A DNA stretch of 24,447 bases from Candidatus Krumholzibacteriia bacterium (GCA_046484865.1 JAWOID010000110.1:1-24447), one strand, 5' to 3'. Counted from the stretch's first letter, positions 8,519-17,391 are shown. Program-made: numbers and translations. Notes: generated by a model not told the origin, from the sequence alone.

Positions 8519-10006
8519 ATGGAGCGCGATCCCCTGGCCTTTCGCGCCGGCCCGTACCTGGTCGTGCTCGGGTTGCTGCTGGCGGTGTGGCTGGCCTCGC
8601 TGCAGGGCGCCTACCCGAGCGACGACGCGCTGATCCACCTGCGCTACGCCCGCAACCTCGCCGAACATGGTGAGCTGTCGTTCAATCCCGGCGAGAAGAG
8701 CTACTCGACCACCAGCCCCCTCTGGAACGCGACCGTCGGTCTGACCGCCTCGCTCGCCGCGGTGAGCGAGGAGCAGCTGCTGCGGTACTCGCAGGCCGTC
8801 GCCGCCGTCTGGCTGGTCCTCGCCGTCGTGTCGCTGCTCTGGTTCGGCCGCGTCCTGTACGGCCGCTGGCTGCCCGCCGCCGCCATCCTCTTCGTGCTGG
8901 ACCCCTACGTCACCGCGAGCGTCCACGGCGCGATGGAGCAACCCCTGTTCATCGCGCTCGGCGCGCTGGGCCTGGGTCTGGTCGTCCGTGGCGAGCGCGG
9001 CTCCGCCGCGGCGCTGGTGGCGGCCGCGGCGGTCTTCGCCATCCAGTACGCGGCGCGGCCGGAATCGCTCGCGTTCGTGGCCGCCTCCGGGCTCTACCTC
9101 CTGATCCGGCGCCGGCCGCGCGGCCTGGTCGTCTTCGGGGTGGCGGCGATCTGCAGCCACGCGATCGCCCTGGGAGTGCTGCACCAGGTGATGGGTTCGC
9201 CCCTTCCGCTCTCGATGCTGATGAAGACCCACGACGCGCACGGCTGGCTGCCCTTCTCGTCGATCGGAAGCTCGCGCCAGGTCCTGCGCCTCTTCGCGCA
9301 GGTCTATGCACTGCCGCTGCTGGCGCTCGTCGTCTGGCTCGTGCTGCGCGCGCCGGCGCAGAGGCGGGAGTTCCTCGGTCGCAACCTGCTGCCCCTGCTG
9401 GTCGTGGGACTGCTCGCGACCGCCTACGTCGGCTTCCTGAAGGAGCGCACCGTCTCGAGCCGCTACCTCGTCAGCTTCACGCCGCTGGTCTGGATCGTCG
9501 TCGCCGATGCGCTCGGCTCGGCCCGACGGCGGCAGTTCGCCGCGGCGGCGCTGGGCGGTCTGGCGGTCTATCTCGTCGTGCTGAACCTGCTCGCCGTGCC
9601 GGTCCGCGTCCAGCGCGGGCTGGCGCTCGAGCCCGAGCGCATCGAGCTCGGCACGTGGCTGAACCGGAACACGCCGCCCGACGCCACCGTCTGGGTGTTC
9701 GACATCGGCTACATCGGGTACCACGCCGACCGGCGGATCTACGACTTCAACCTCGTCGACGCGCCGGGCACCGGCACGGAACTCGCTCTGCGCAAGCGGC
9801 GCGGCGAGCTGGACCTGGCTCGCGCCATCCGCGAGCACCGCATCGACTATCTCGTCTGGGGGCCCACCGATCTGCCGGACCTGCCGCTCGAGCGCGTCTA
9901 CACGGCGCAGCACGAGAAGCACGGCGGTCACCGCAGCATCTACCGTGTGCTCCACGGCGTGGCCGCCGATTCTGCCGACCCCGCCGACCCCGCCCCGCGA
10001 TCCTGA
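8519..10006 (+). CDS. Polytopic membrane protein, GT-C fold glycosyltransferase-like, 495 aa
   Basis: GGAG RBS. First loop SDDALIHLRYARNLAEHGELSFNPGE...TTSPLW carries the DD acidic pair typical of GT-C enzymes. Also MEQPLF, ARPE, SRYL, about 10-11 TMs and a C-terminal soluble domain (DIGYIGY). Confidence 0.8.
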   Translation: MERDPLAFRAGPYLVVLGLLLAVWLASLQGAYPSDDALIHLRYARNLAEHGELSFNPGEKSYSTTSPLWNATVGLTASLAAVSEEQLLRYSQAVAAVWLVLAVVSLLWFGRVLYGRWLPAAAILFVLDPYVTASVHGAMEQPLFIALGALGLGLVVRGERGSAAALVAAAAVFAIQYAARPESLAFVAASGLYLLIRRRPRGLVVFGVAAICSHAIALGVLHQVMGSPLPLSMLMKTHDAHGWLPFSSIGSSRQVLRLFAQVYALPLLALVVWLVLRAPAQRREFLGRNLLPLLVVGLLATAYVGFLKERTVSSRYLVSFTPLVWIVVADALGSARRRQFAAAALGGLAVYLVVLNLLAVPVRVQRGLALEPERIELGTWLNRNTPPDATVWVFDIGYIGYHADRRIYDFNLVDAPGTGTELALRKRRGELDLARAIREHRIDYLVWGPTDLPDLPLERVYTAQHEKHGGHRSIYRVLHGVAADSADPADPAPRS

Positions 10007-10106
10007 ATGACGCATGGTTCTTGCAGCCGTTTCGCAATCCTGAATGATGCACGGCTCCCGCAGCCGCCCCGCGACCCTGAACGACGCACGCCTCTTGCAG
10101 CCGCCC
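9996..10106 (+). repeat. Three contiguous imperfect 37-bp tandem repeats
   Basis: Units at 9996-10032, 10033-10069 and 10070-10106. Pairwise identity 28-30/37, with 25 invariant positions and no spacers. Confidence 0.9.
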
Positions 10107-10224
10107 CGAGAATGGCCGCCGGAACGCGCATTGTGCACGACCGGGGCGTCGCCCGACGCCCGGCGCGCAATCCGCCTCGGATCGGCCCGGATCGGGGACG
10201 TCGAGTCGCGCGAGGTGGTTCAGG

Positions 10225-11631
10225 ATGGAAAGATCGATCTGGAGGACGCTCTTGCTGATCGCCCTGATGAGCGGGTTTCTGGCCCTGACGGCCTGCAGTC
10301 TGCAGCCGGGTGAACCGGAGCGGCCGGCCGCGGCCTACCGCGGGCTGACCGCCGCCTTCCCGAGCGGTCGCATGGTCGGCACCGTGTACCACGGCGAACC
10401 GCTGAACTGGCAGGACCCCGCGGTGCGAGCGGAGATTCTCGAGCTCGACTTCCTGCAGATCGGCGATCGGCTGCAGGGCAGCAATCGCTACGCCGGCATG
10501 GTCGCCGCTCTGCATGCGGAAAAGCCCAGCCTCAAGGTCATCCAGTACACGTCGTTCCCCTGGATCTGGGATCTGCGGGAGACTCGGGATCCGCCAGGAA
10601 CCGTTCCGGTGACCGCCTGGGGCCGGCGCCTCTACGACGCCTTCTACCCCCACGATATCGCGCACATCGTGCCCGCGAATCCGGATCCTGCGGTCGCCGA
10701 CACCGCGTTCCACACCGACGGCTACTACATGATCGACCTCGACAACCCGGGGGTCATGGAGACGATCGCCGACATCTTCCACGACTACGTCATGTCCGGC
10801 GGCAACCCCGACATCGACGGAGTTTTGCTCGACTGGTTCGAAGCCGAATGGGGTGGCTGGTGCCTGTACGGCAACTCGCCCGGTGAGCGCGGCTACGGTC
10901 CCGAGTACTGGCTGGACTACGACCGCGACGGGATCCCCGTCTGCGACGATCTCGATGAGCAGGGCAAGGTCCGCGACGCCTTCGCGCGGCTGATCCACGC
11001 GTTGCACGACCGCTTCGGCCCCGACTTCCTGGTCACGGCGAACGGGAAGGACGCCCATATCGGCGGGCCGATGTCCGACGGCTCGGATTTCGCGATGACG
11101 CCCGACGGCGCCGTGACCGAGCTGTTCCCCTGGCGCTGGACCCGCAACGACTACTGGCTCGCTGCCTTCGGCATCGACGGACATGTGCGGAACGACGGTC
11201 AGGACGCCTGGCAGATCGCGGCCAAGGGCGCGAACAATCCTTTCATCCCGACCCCGCAGGGCAACTACTGGTTCATGGATACTTTCAACGAGCAGAACAA
11301 TCCTTGGATCTGCGTGGCGGCGTTGCTTTTCGACAACTGCGTGGCGATGGTCTCGGGCAACCCCGACGACCTGCGCAACGAGTGGGTCGGCGGCGACCCC
11401 ATGCCGCTGCTGGATCAGCTCGGACAGCCGCTCGCCGCCCCGGTCGTTCGGGGCGAGCGCATCACCCGCGCGTTCGAAGGCGGCACCGTGATCCTGGAGT
11501 TCTCGAACCGGCCGGCCAATCTGCACGTCGAACCCTGGACCGGCGGGCAAATCCATGCGCCGCAGGGGCCGTTCAAGTACCGGGTGGTGAGGTCGGACGG
11601 CGAGTTGCTGTACAGCGGCGGCGGCTGGTAG
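10225..11631 (+). CDS. Lipoprotein, putative TIM-barrel glycoside hydrolase (GHL15-like), 468 aa
   Basis: Signal peptide with lipobox LTAC. Motifs MIDLDNPGV, DIDGVLLDWF and LHDRFGPDFLVTANG are typical of TIM-barrel GH-like families. DYDRDG is a Ca-binding-like loop. Confidence 0.65.
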   Translation: MERSIWRTLLLIALMSGFLALTACSLQPGEPERPAAAYRGLTAAFPSGRMVGTVYHGEPLNWQDPAVRAEILELDFLQIGDRLQGSNRYAGMVAALHAEKPSLKVIQYTSFPWIWDLRETRDPPGTVPVTAWGRRLYDAFYPHDIAHIVPANPDPAVADTAFHTDGYYMIDLDNPGVMETIADIFHDYVMSGGNPDIDGVLLDWFEAEWGGWCLYGNSPGERGYGPEYWLDYDRDGIPVCDDLDEQGKVRDAFARLIHALHDRFGPDFLVTANGKDAHIGGPMSDGSDFAMTPDGAVTELFPWRWTRNDYWLAAFGIDGHVRNDGQDAWQIAAKGANNPFIPTPQGNYWFMDTFNEQNNPWICVAALLFDNCVAMVSGNPDDLRNEWVGGDPMPLLDQLGQPLAAPVVRGERITRAFEGGTVILEFSNRPANLHVEPWTGGQIHAPQGPFKYRVVRSDGELLYSGGGW

Positions 11632-11774
11632 CGGCTGCCGGAATGTGACTGGACAGCCCGTTTCCGGTCCGGTAGCCTGCGCGCGGATTGGAGCGGGATG
11701 TTCATTTTCAAAAGCCGTTCGGACGACCGGTGCCGGTATCGCCGCCGGTCCGTCCACATCGGGAGGTCGATTCC

Positions 11775-12503
11775 ATGATGCGCGTCGTGATCACATCGCT
11801 CGTTCTCTCTGCACTGCTGCTGGGCGGCACCGCGGCCGTGGCCCAGGATACCGGCCTCGTCGCCAAGGGGTTCAAGGCGGGCCTCGTGATGGCCAAGTTC
11901 ACGGGAGACGACGTTGATGTCGACCTGTTCGGCGACGTGGTCGGCGTCGCCGGCGACGCCATGTCGCCGGACTTCCGGACGAGCTTCGCCGTGGGCGGCT
12001 ATCTCGTCTTCGCCCTCTCACCGATGGTGCATTTCCAGCCCGAGGTGCTCTACGTCAACAAGGGCGCGAAGTACGAGGACTCGATGATCGTCAATGTCGA
12101 GGGCACCTTGGTCGACGTGGACCTCGAGGCCACCTTCAAGCTCTCCTACCTCGAGGTCCCGCTCCTGCTGCGGTTCGCGCCCGCCACGAGCTCGTCCATG
12201 CAGCCGTTCTTCCTCGTGGGTCCGGCGATCGGCTTCAAGACGAGTTCCAAGCTCAGCGCCGAGGCCACCGCGTCCGCGATGGGAGAGACCTTCACCGAGG
12301 AAGTCGAGGAGGACATCGAAGACGTGAAGTCCGTCGACTTCGGCGCCGCCTTCGGAGCGGGCGTGCAGTTCGCCGCCGGCTCGGCCACGAACATCTCGAT
12401 CGAGGCCCGCTACACGCTGGGGCTCACCTCGATCGACGACTCCGGATCGGACATGAGCATCAAGAACTCCGCCCTGATGTTCCTGGCGGGCGTGAGCTTC
12501 TAG
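11775..12503 (+). CDS. Outer-membrane beta-barrel (porin family / OMP_b-brl_2-like) protein, 242 aa
   Basis: GGAGG RBS and signal peptide AVA|Q. Motifs GFKAGL, FQPEVLYVNKGA, LSYLEVPLLL, IEARYTLGL. C-terminal Phe (GVSF). Confidence 0.9.
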   Translation: MMRVVITSLVLSALLLGGTAAVAQDTGLVAKGFKAGLVMAKFTGDDVDVDLFGDVVGVAGDAMSPDFRTSFAVGGYLVFALSPMVHFQPEVLYVNKGAKYEDSMIVNVEGTLVDVDLEATFKLSYLEVPLLLRFAPATSSSMQPFFLVGPAIGFKTSSKLSAEATASAMGETFTEEVEEDIEDVKSVDFGAAFGAGVQFAAGSATNISIEARYTLGLTSIDDSGSDMSIKNSALMFLAGVSF

Positions 12504-12542
12504 CCGCGACGAGCGCCGCATTGCGCGGTACCGGGCCGCGAA

Positions 12543-12580
12543 CGGCCGGCCGGTCCCCGGAGACCGGCCGGTCGCTTCTT
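12543..12580 (+). terminator. Probable intrinsic terminator after the OMP gene
   Basis: Stem CGGCCGGCCGGTC / GACCGGCCGGTCG (one G-U pair), 6-nt loop, followed by CTTCTT. Confidence 0.6.
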
Positions 12581-12669
12581 GTCGCGGCGATCTGATTTCC
12601 CGCGAACGCCGGCGCCTGCTCGCGTGTTCTCCTGGTGACGTGACGATCACCTCACGCGGGAGGGGAACC

Positions 12670-13824
12670 ATGCCCGATCCGGGACGACGAGTGTTGCTGG
12701 CGATCGCGATCCTGTGCGCGAACGCTGCCGTGCCCGCTGCCGCTCAGCCCGAGGACGTACCGCGGTACAGCGAGCGACCGCTCGACCAGGCCTCGTACGT
12801 GGAGCTGGCGCGCCGGTGGCAGGCGTACATCGACGAGCACGGCGCCACCGCCGAGGCCCTGGTCAATCTGGGCATGGCGTACGACTATGCCAAGGAGCTG
12901 GAAGCAGCCCTCGTCGCCGCACGGCAAGCGGTCGAGCTGGAGCCGGACGACCCGCGGGCGCTGGAATTCCTGGGCAAGATGCTGCTCACGTACGGCGACG
13001 ACGAGGAGGCGGCCCTGGAGGTGCTCGAGCGCTGCCGTCGCGTGGCGCCCGACTACGAGCACGGGCTCACCACCCTCGCGGCGACCTACCTGCGGCGCGG
13101 CGATCTGCATCACGCCGAAGAGACCATGCGCACGGTGTTCCAGCGCCGGCTCATCGCGCACCCGCTGCAGGACTACGCCTACAACATGCTCGTGGGATTG
13201 CCCGCCGGTGCGGTCCTGATCACCAGCGGGGACAACGACACCTTTCCCGTCCTGGCGCTCCAGGCGGGCATGGAGTTCCGGCCCGACGTGGTGGTCTTGA
13301 ACCGTTCGCTCCTGAACGTGCCCGGCTACGCCACGGCCATGTTCGAGCGCCACGGGAACATCGCCCCCGACCACGACATCGACGGGCACGAGGTCAGGAT
13401 GGTCGACGGCCACCCGACGCTGCTGTCGATCGCACTGATCGAGGCGCTGATCGAACGGGGCGACGTACCGGTGTACGTCTCGGCTTCCGCGCTCGAACCT
13501 TTTCACGGGCAAGAGTTCGAGGGGCAGCTCGAGGGTATCAACCTGCGCGTCGGCGAGAGCGGAATGGGAGCGGACGATTCGGCGCGGCTCCTCCTGTCCA
13601 CCTATCGGATGGACTCGGCGACCGACTGGACGTTCGCGTGGTCGCTGGTGCCGGGCATCGCGCAGCTCATGCGCAACTACGTCGCGGCCATGGGCCGGCT
13701 GGCCGACCGGGAGGAGACGTCGGCCGAAACGCGAACCGCGCTGCTCGACCGGGCCGAGGAGATCGCCCGCTTCCACGGGATGGAGAGAATGGAGACGGTC
13801 ATCCGCGCCCTGCGGCAGCGATGA
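12670..13824 (+). CDS. Exported TPR protein with a DUF2723/TMEM260-like soluble domain, 384 aa
   Basis: Signal peptide ending PAAA|Q. About 3 TPR-like repeats (ALVNLGMAY...AVELEPDDPRALEFLG...APDY). Then DYAYNMLVGLPAGAVLITSGDNDTFPVLALQ...RPDVVVLNRSLL. No further TM segments. Confidence 0.75.
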   Translation: MPDPGRRVLLAIAILCANAAVPAAAQPEDVPRYSERPLDQASYVELARRWQAYIDEHGATAEALVNLGMAYDYAKELEAALVAARQAVELEPDDPRALEFLGKMLLTYGDDEEAALEVLERCRRVAPDYEHGLTTLAATYLRRGDLHHAEETMRTVFQRRLIAHPLQDYAYNMLVGLPAGAVLITSGDNDTFPVLALQAGMEFRPDVVVLNRSLLNVPGYATAMFERHGNIAPDHDIDGHEVRMVDGHPTLLSIALIEALIERGDVPVYVSASALEPFHGQEFEGQLEGINLRVGESGMGADDSARLLLSTYRMDSATDWTFAWSLVPGIAQLMRNYVAAMGRLADREETSAETRTALLDRAEEIARFHGMERMETVIRALRQR

Positions 13825-14441
13825 CGGCTGATCGACGACGGACGGACCACCCGATGACCGACCTGAGCACGCGGGACGATGCCGACCTCGTCATCCTGGC
13901 CCAGGCAGGCTCGGCCGCCGCGTTCGAGCAGATCTACGACCGGCACGTGGGCGGGGTCGGACGCGCTCTGGCCTCGTTCGCGGGGCCGGACCGCCATCTC
14001 CTCGACGACCTGGTCCAGGAGGTGTTCCTGCGGGTGGTGCAGGCCCTGCCGCGCTACTCGCCGAGCCGCCCGTTCACGCACTGGCTGTTCACGATCGCCC
14101 TGAACGTGGGGCGCAATCACGTTCGGCGGCCCGCGCGGGTGGTGCCGGTGGATCCGGCCGAACTCGCCGAACTCGCCGACCTCGCCGACCTCGCCGGGGC
14201 TCACGAACCTGACTCCGACCCCGCGCTGGCGTCGGCGCTCATGCGACGGGTCGCCGAGTTGCCCGCCCCGGTGCAAGAGGTCGTTTCGCTGCGCGTGGGC
14301 GCCGATCTGAGCTACCGCGAGATCGCCGCGATCCTGCACATTCCCGAGCCCACGGCCCGGCGCCGCATGCACGATGCCGTCACGGTGCTGCGCGATCACG
14401 CCGGCACCACGACCGATCGGGGGAGGAATCGTCATGGCTGA
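13821..14441 (+). CDS. ECF RNA polymerase sigma factor, 206 aa
   Basis: ATGA overlap with the upstream stop (alternative ATG at 13854). Sigma2 DDLVQEVFLRV...FTHWLFTIALN and sigma4 LSYREIAAILHIPEPTARRRMH. Confidence 0.92.
   Translation: MTADRRRTDHPMTDLSTRDDADLVILAQAGSAAAFEQIYDRHVGGVGRALASFAGPDRHLLDDLVQEVFLRVVQALPRYSPSRPFTHWLFTIALNVGRNHVRRPARVVPVDPAELAELADLADLAGAHEPDSDPALASALMRRVAELPAPVQEVVSLRVGADLSYREIAAILHIPEPTARRRMHDAVTVLRDHAGTTTDRGRNRHG
14157..14196 (+). repeat. In-frame 9-bp tandem repeat GCCGA(A/C)CTC x4 in the sigma2-sigma4 linker (AELAELADLADLA)
   Basis: Read directly from the sequence. Confidence 0.8.
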
Positions 14442-14760
14442 TACGCACGATATCGAACGGCTGCTGAGAGAGTTCCGGTACGAGGCGGACCCGTCGCGGA
14501 AAGAGGCGCTCCTGGGCGCCTTCGCGGCGGTGCGGCACGAGTCACAGCCCCCGCGCCGATCCCGGGTCTGGGCGCGGCCCATCCCCCTGTATGCCGCCGC
14601 GGCGGTGCTGGTCGCGATGGTCGGGCTGTCCTTCTTCGCCGGCCAGCGCGTGGCGGCCCTCGACCGCCAGCGGGCCGTCGCCGAGCCGCACGCGCCCGCC
14701 GCCGACGCCGACGCCCCCCATTCGATCCCGTGGAGCACGGCGGCCAGCGACCTGCTGTGA
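14434..14760 (+). CDS. Putative single-TM anti-sigma factor, 108 aa
   Basis: GGAGG RBS and overlap with the sigma stop. About 50-aa N-terminal domain, one TM (IPLYAAAAVLVAMVGLSFFAG) and a short tail. Confidence 0.7.
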   Translation: MADTHDIERLLREFRYEADPSRKEALLGAFAAVRHESQPPRRSRVWARPIPLYAAAAVLVAMVGLSFFAGQRVAALDRQRAVAEPHAPAADADAPHSIPWSTAASDLL

Positions 14761-14782
14761 AGGCGCAACGACCGCTGATGCC

Positions 14783-14814
14783 GCGGGCCCTGCTCCCGGA
14801 GGAGCGGGGCCCGT
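14783..14814. terminator. GC-rich hairpin after the anti-sigma gene
   Basis: GCGGGCCCTGCTCC-CGGA-GGAGCGGGGCCCGT, a 14-bp stem with two G-U pairs. No U-tract. Confidence 0.45.
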
Positions 14815-14964
14815 GAGCGTGCGGTCAGCGGCTCCGACGACCGCGGGCGTGAGCGACCAATCGGGACCGTCGTGATTCTCGCTCGCCTGGTTCGTCTCTC
14901 CTCTTGTCCGCCCGCGCGGGCGCAGGTACCAGGTCGACGATCATCATCCAGGAGGCAGTGCGTC

Positions 14965-17391
14965 ATGACCCGTCCCGTCGATCAGCCGTCCGCCGGCCGG
15001 CACCGGCTCGCTCCCGCCAGGCTCGCCGCGTTCGGCCTCGCCCTCGTCGCGCTCGTCGTCGCTGCCGCGCCCGCCGTGGCCGACTGGACCGAGAGCGCCC
15101 TGGCGATCTGCACGGAGGCCGGCGACCAGCAGTCGATCGCGGCCGCCGCGGACGGGGAAGGCGGCATGATCCTCGTGTGGCAGGACGCACGCTCGGGGAC
15201 GCTGGACGTCTACGCGCGCCGGGTGGACGCGCTCGGCACCCGCCTGTGGGCCTTCAACGGCATCCCGGTCTGCCAGGAGGCCGGCGCCCAGCAGAATCCG
15301 CGGATCGTCGCCGTGAGCAACGGTGAGTTCGTCGTGGTCTGGGAGGACGGCCGCGGCGGGAATCTCGACCTCTACGCCCAGAAGCTCGATCTGGACGGCA
15401 ACGCGCTGTGGACGGCGGGGGGCGTGCCCGCCTGCCAGGCCGCGGGCGACCAGGCCAACCTGCAGGTGATGGCCGACGGCGACCATGCCATCGTCGCCTG
15501 GGAGGACCTGCGGAACGGAAACCGGGACGTCTACATCCAGCGGCTCGACGCCGCCGGCACCCGGGTCTGGTCGCCGGGTGGACTGCCGGTGACGACGGCG
15601 ACCGGCCACCAGAGCAGCGTCCAGGTCGCGCCCGAACTCGACGGCAGCACGTGGGTCGTGTACGTCGACGAGAGCATGAGCAGCATCCTGACTGCGCTCG
15701 TCGACGATCTGGGCGGCGTCACTCCCGTGGCGACGCTCAGCGGCAGCGATCCGGCCAGCAGCCCCTCGATCTGCGGCGACGGCCAGGGCGGCATCTACTG
15801 CGCCTTCGACATCTACGTCGTCGCCACCGGCGACGCCGACGTAGCCGTCCGCCACGTCAGCGCCGGCGGGACCACGCTGACCCCCTGGATGCTCCCGGCA
15901 GTCGTCTGCGACGATCCCTCGGCGCAGGGAAGCGCCACGGCCGTCACCGGTGCGGCCGGCGACGCCCTGATCGTCTGGCAGGACACGCGGGGGTCCGGCG
16001 TCTACGCGCAGCGGATCGACCGGCTCTGTGCCGTGTACTGGCCGCAGGACGGCATCCCGCTCGTGGCGGCCCAGGCCGTGTCGGCGACCGAGGTGCGGGC
16101 GGTCGGGGACGGGGCCGGCGGGGTGCTGGCGACGTGGCTGAAGACATCTTCGGGGTCCAGTGCGTCGCTCATCGTCGCCCAGCGAGTATCGGCCGCGGGC
16201 GAACCGCTGTGGGGCATCTACGGCACCTCGATCCTGTACGGGGGCATGATGGGCGTGCCGCAGTCCGTGGTTCCCGACGGCGAGGGCGGGCTCCTGGCGG
16301 GCGTTCTCGTGCAGCAGCCGAGTTACGAGATCGACGTTTACGCCCAGCGGATCGAGCGCAGCGGCGAGTGGGGCTATCCCGCGCCGGCGATCACCGCCGT
16401 CAGCGACGTGGCGCTCGACCAGGGCGGCACCGTCCTCGTGAACTGGAATCCGAGCCGTCTCGACTCGGCGGCAGACCGGAAGGTCGATCACTACTCGATC
16501 TGGCGCAGCCTCGGCTCGGTCCCGGCGAAGGACTCGGCACCGTCGGCCTCCCCCGCAGCTCTGCCTTCCGGCCCTGGCGCCGTGCGCACCACCGTCACCG
16601 CCGGCGAGAAGCTCTACTGGGAATGGATCGCCGACCGCGAGGCCCACGTCCTGGAAGGCTACGCCTACGCTGCCCCCACGCTGCGCGACTCCACATCGGC
16701 CGACCCGGCGGTGCACACGTTCCTGGTGTCCGCGCACGCGGCCGACCCGGGCGTCTGGTGGGACTCCCTGCCGGTGAGCGGCCACTCCGTGGACAACCTC
16801 GCCCCGGCCACCCCGAGCGCCCTCGTCGCGGAGGCGCAGTATGCACCCGAGGGCCTGCGCCTCTCGTGGAACGCGAACTGCGAGCCCGACCTCCAGGGGT
16901 ACGTCCTGCACCGCGGCGCCACGGTCGACTTCACGCCCGGCCCGGCCACACTCGTGGCCGTGACCGCAGACACCACGACGGTGGATTCCGGGTGGAGCCC
17001 CGGCTCGTCGTGGTATTACAAGCTCGCGGCCGCGGACGTGCACGAGAACGTGAGCGGCTACGCGGTGCTGGCCCCGGCGGCGGTCACCGGCACGGGCGAC
17101 CTGCCGGCGGCGCGCCCCACCGCGCTCCTGCCGAACCGTCCCAACCCGTTCAACCCGCTCACCCAGGTACGCTTCACGCTGGCGAGCGCGGGGCCGGTGT
17201 CGGTGACGGTGCACGACGCGGCTGGGCGGCTCGTGCGGCGGCTCATCGGCGCCGAGTTGATTGCGGGAGCGCATGAGGTCCTCTGGAACGGCCGCGACGA
17301 GTCCGGCCGCGAGGTGCCGAGCGGCGTCTACTTCTGCCGGCTGCAGGCACAGGGAAGCATGTGGACGGGTAAGATGATGCTGGTGAGGTGA
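14965..17391 (+). CDS. Secreted beta-propeller + FnIII-like + C-terminal FlgD-Ig domain protein, 808 aa
   Basis: GGAGG RBS and signal peptide AVA|D. About 8 repeats of roughly 53 aa (W[QE]DxRxGxxD[VL]YAQR[VL]DxxG). FnIII-like LSW...DLQGYVLHR...YYKLAAAD. C-terminal PNPFNPLT...WNGRDESGREVPSGVYFCRL. Confidence 0.88.
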   Translation: MTRPVDQPSAGRHRLAPARLAAFGLALVALVVAAAPAVADWTESALAICTEAGDQQSIAAAADGEGGMILVWQDARSGTLDVYARRVDALGTRLWAFNGIPVCQEAGAQQNPRIVAVSNGEFVVVWEDGRGGNLDLYAQKLDLDGNALWTAGGVPACQAAGDQANLQVMADGDHAIVAWEDLRNGNRDVYIQRLDAAGTRVWSPGGLPVTTATGHQSSVQVAPELDGSTWVVYVDESMSSILTALVDDLGGVTPVATLSGSDPASSPSICGDGQGGIYCAFDIYVVATGDADVAVRHVSAGGTTLTPWMLPAVVCDDPSAQGSATAVTGAAGDALIVWQDTRGSGVYAQRIDRLCAVYWPQDGIPLVAAQAVSATEVRAVGDGAGGVLATWLKTSSGSSASLIVAQRVSAAGEPLWGIYGTSILYGGMMGVPQSVVPDGEGGLLAGVLVQQPSYEIDVYAQRIERSGEWGYPAPAITAVSDVALDQGGTVLVNWNPSRLDSAADRKVDHYSIWRSLGSVPAKDSAPSASPAALPSGPGAVRTTVTAGEKLYWEWIADREAHVLEGYAYAAPTLRDSTSADPAVHTFLVSAHAADPGVWWDSLPVSGHSVDNLAPATPSALVAEAQYAPEGLRLSWNANCEPDLQGYVLHRGATVDFTPGPATLVAVTADTTTVDSGWSPGSSWYYKLAAADVHENVSGYAVLAPAAVTGTGDLPAARPTALLPNRPNPFNPLTQVRFTLASAGPVSVTVHDAAGRLVRRLIGAELIAGAHEVLWNGRDESGREVPSGVYFCRLQAQGSMWTGKMMLVR

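Noticed and set aside
9996..10106. CRISPR array (37-bp repeat length)
   Set aside because: Units are contiguous with no unique spacers, and there are no cas genes in the window.
9996..10106. DGR template/variable repeat pair (A-biased variation on the minus strand)
   Set aside because: No reverse transcriptase, the repeats are short and tandem, and the changes are A/G only rather than A-to-N.
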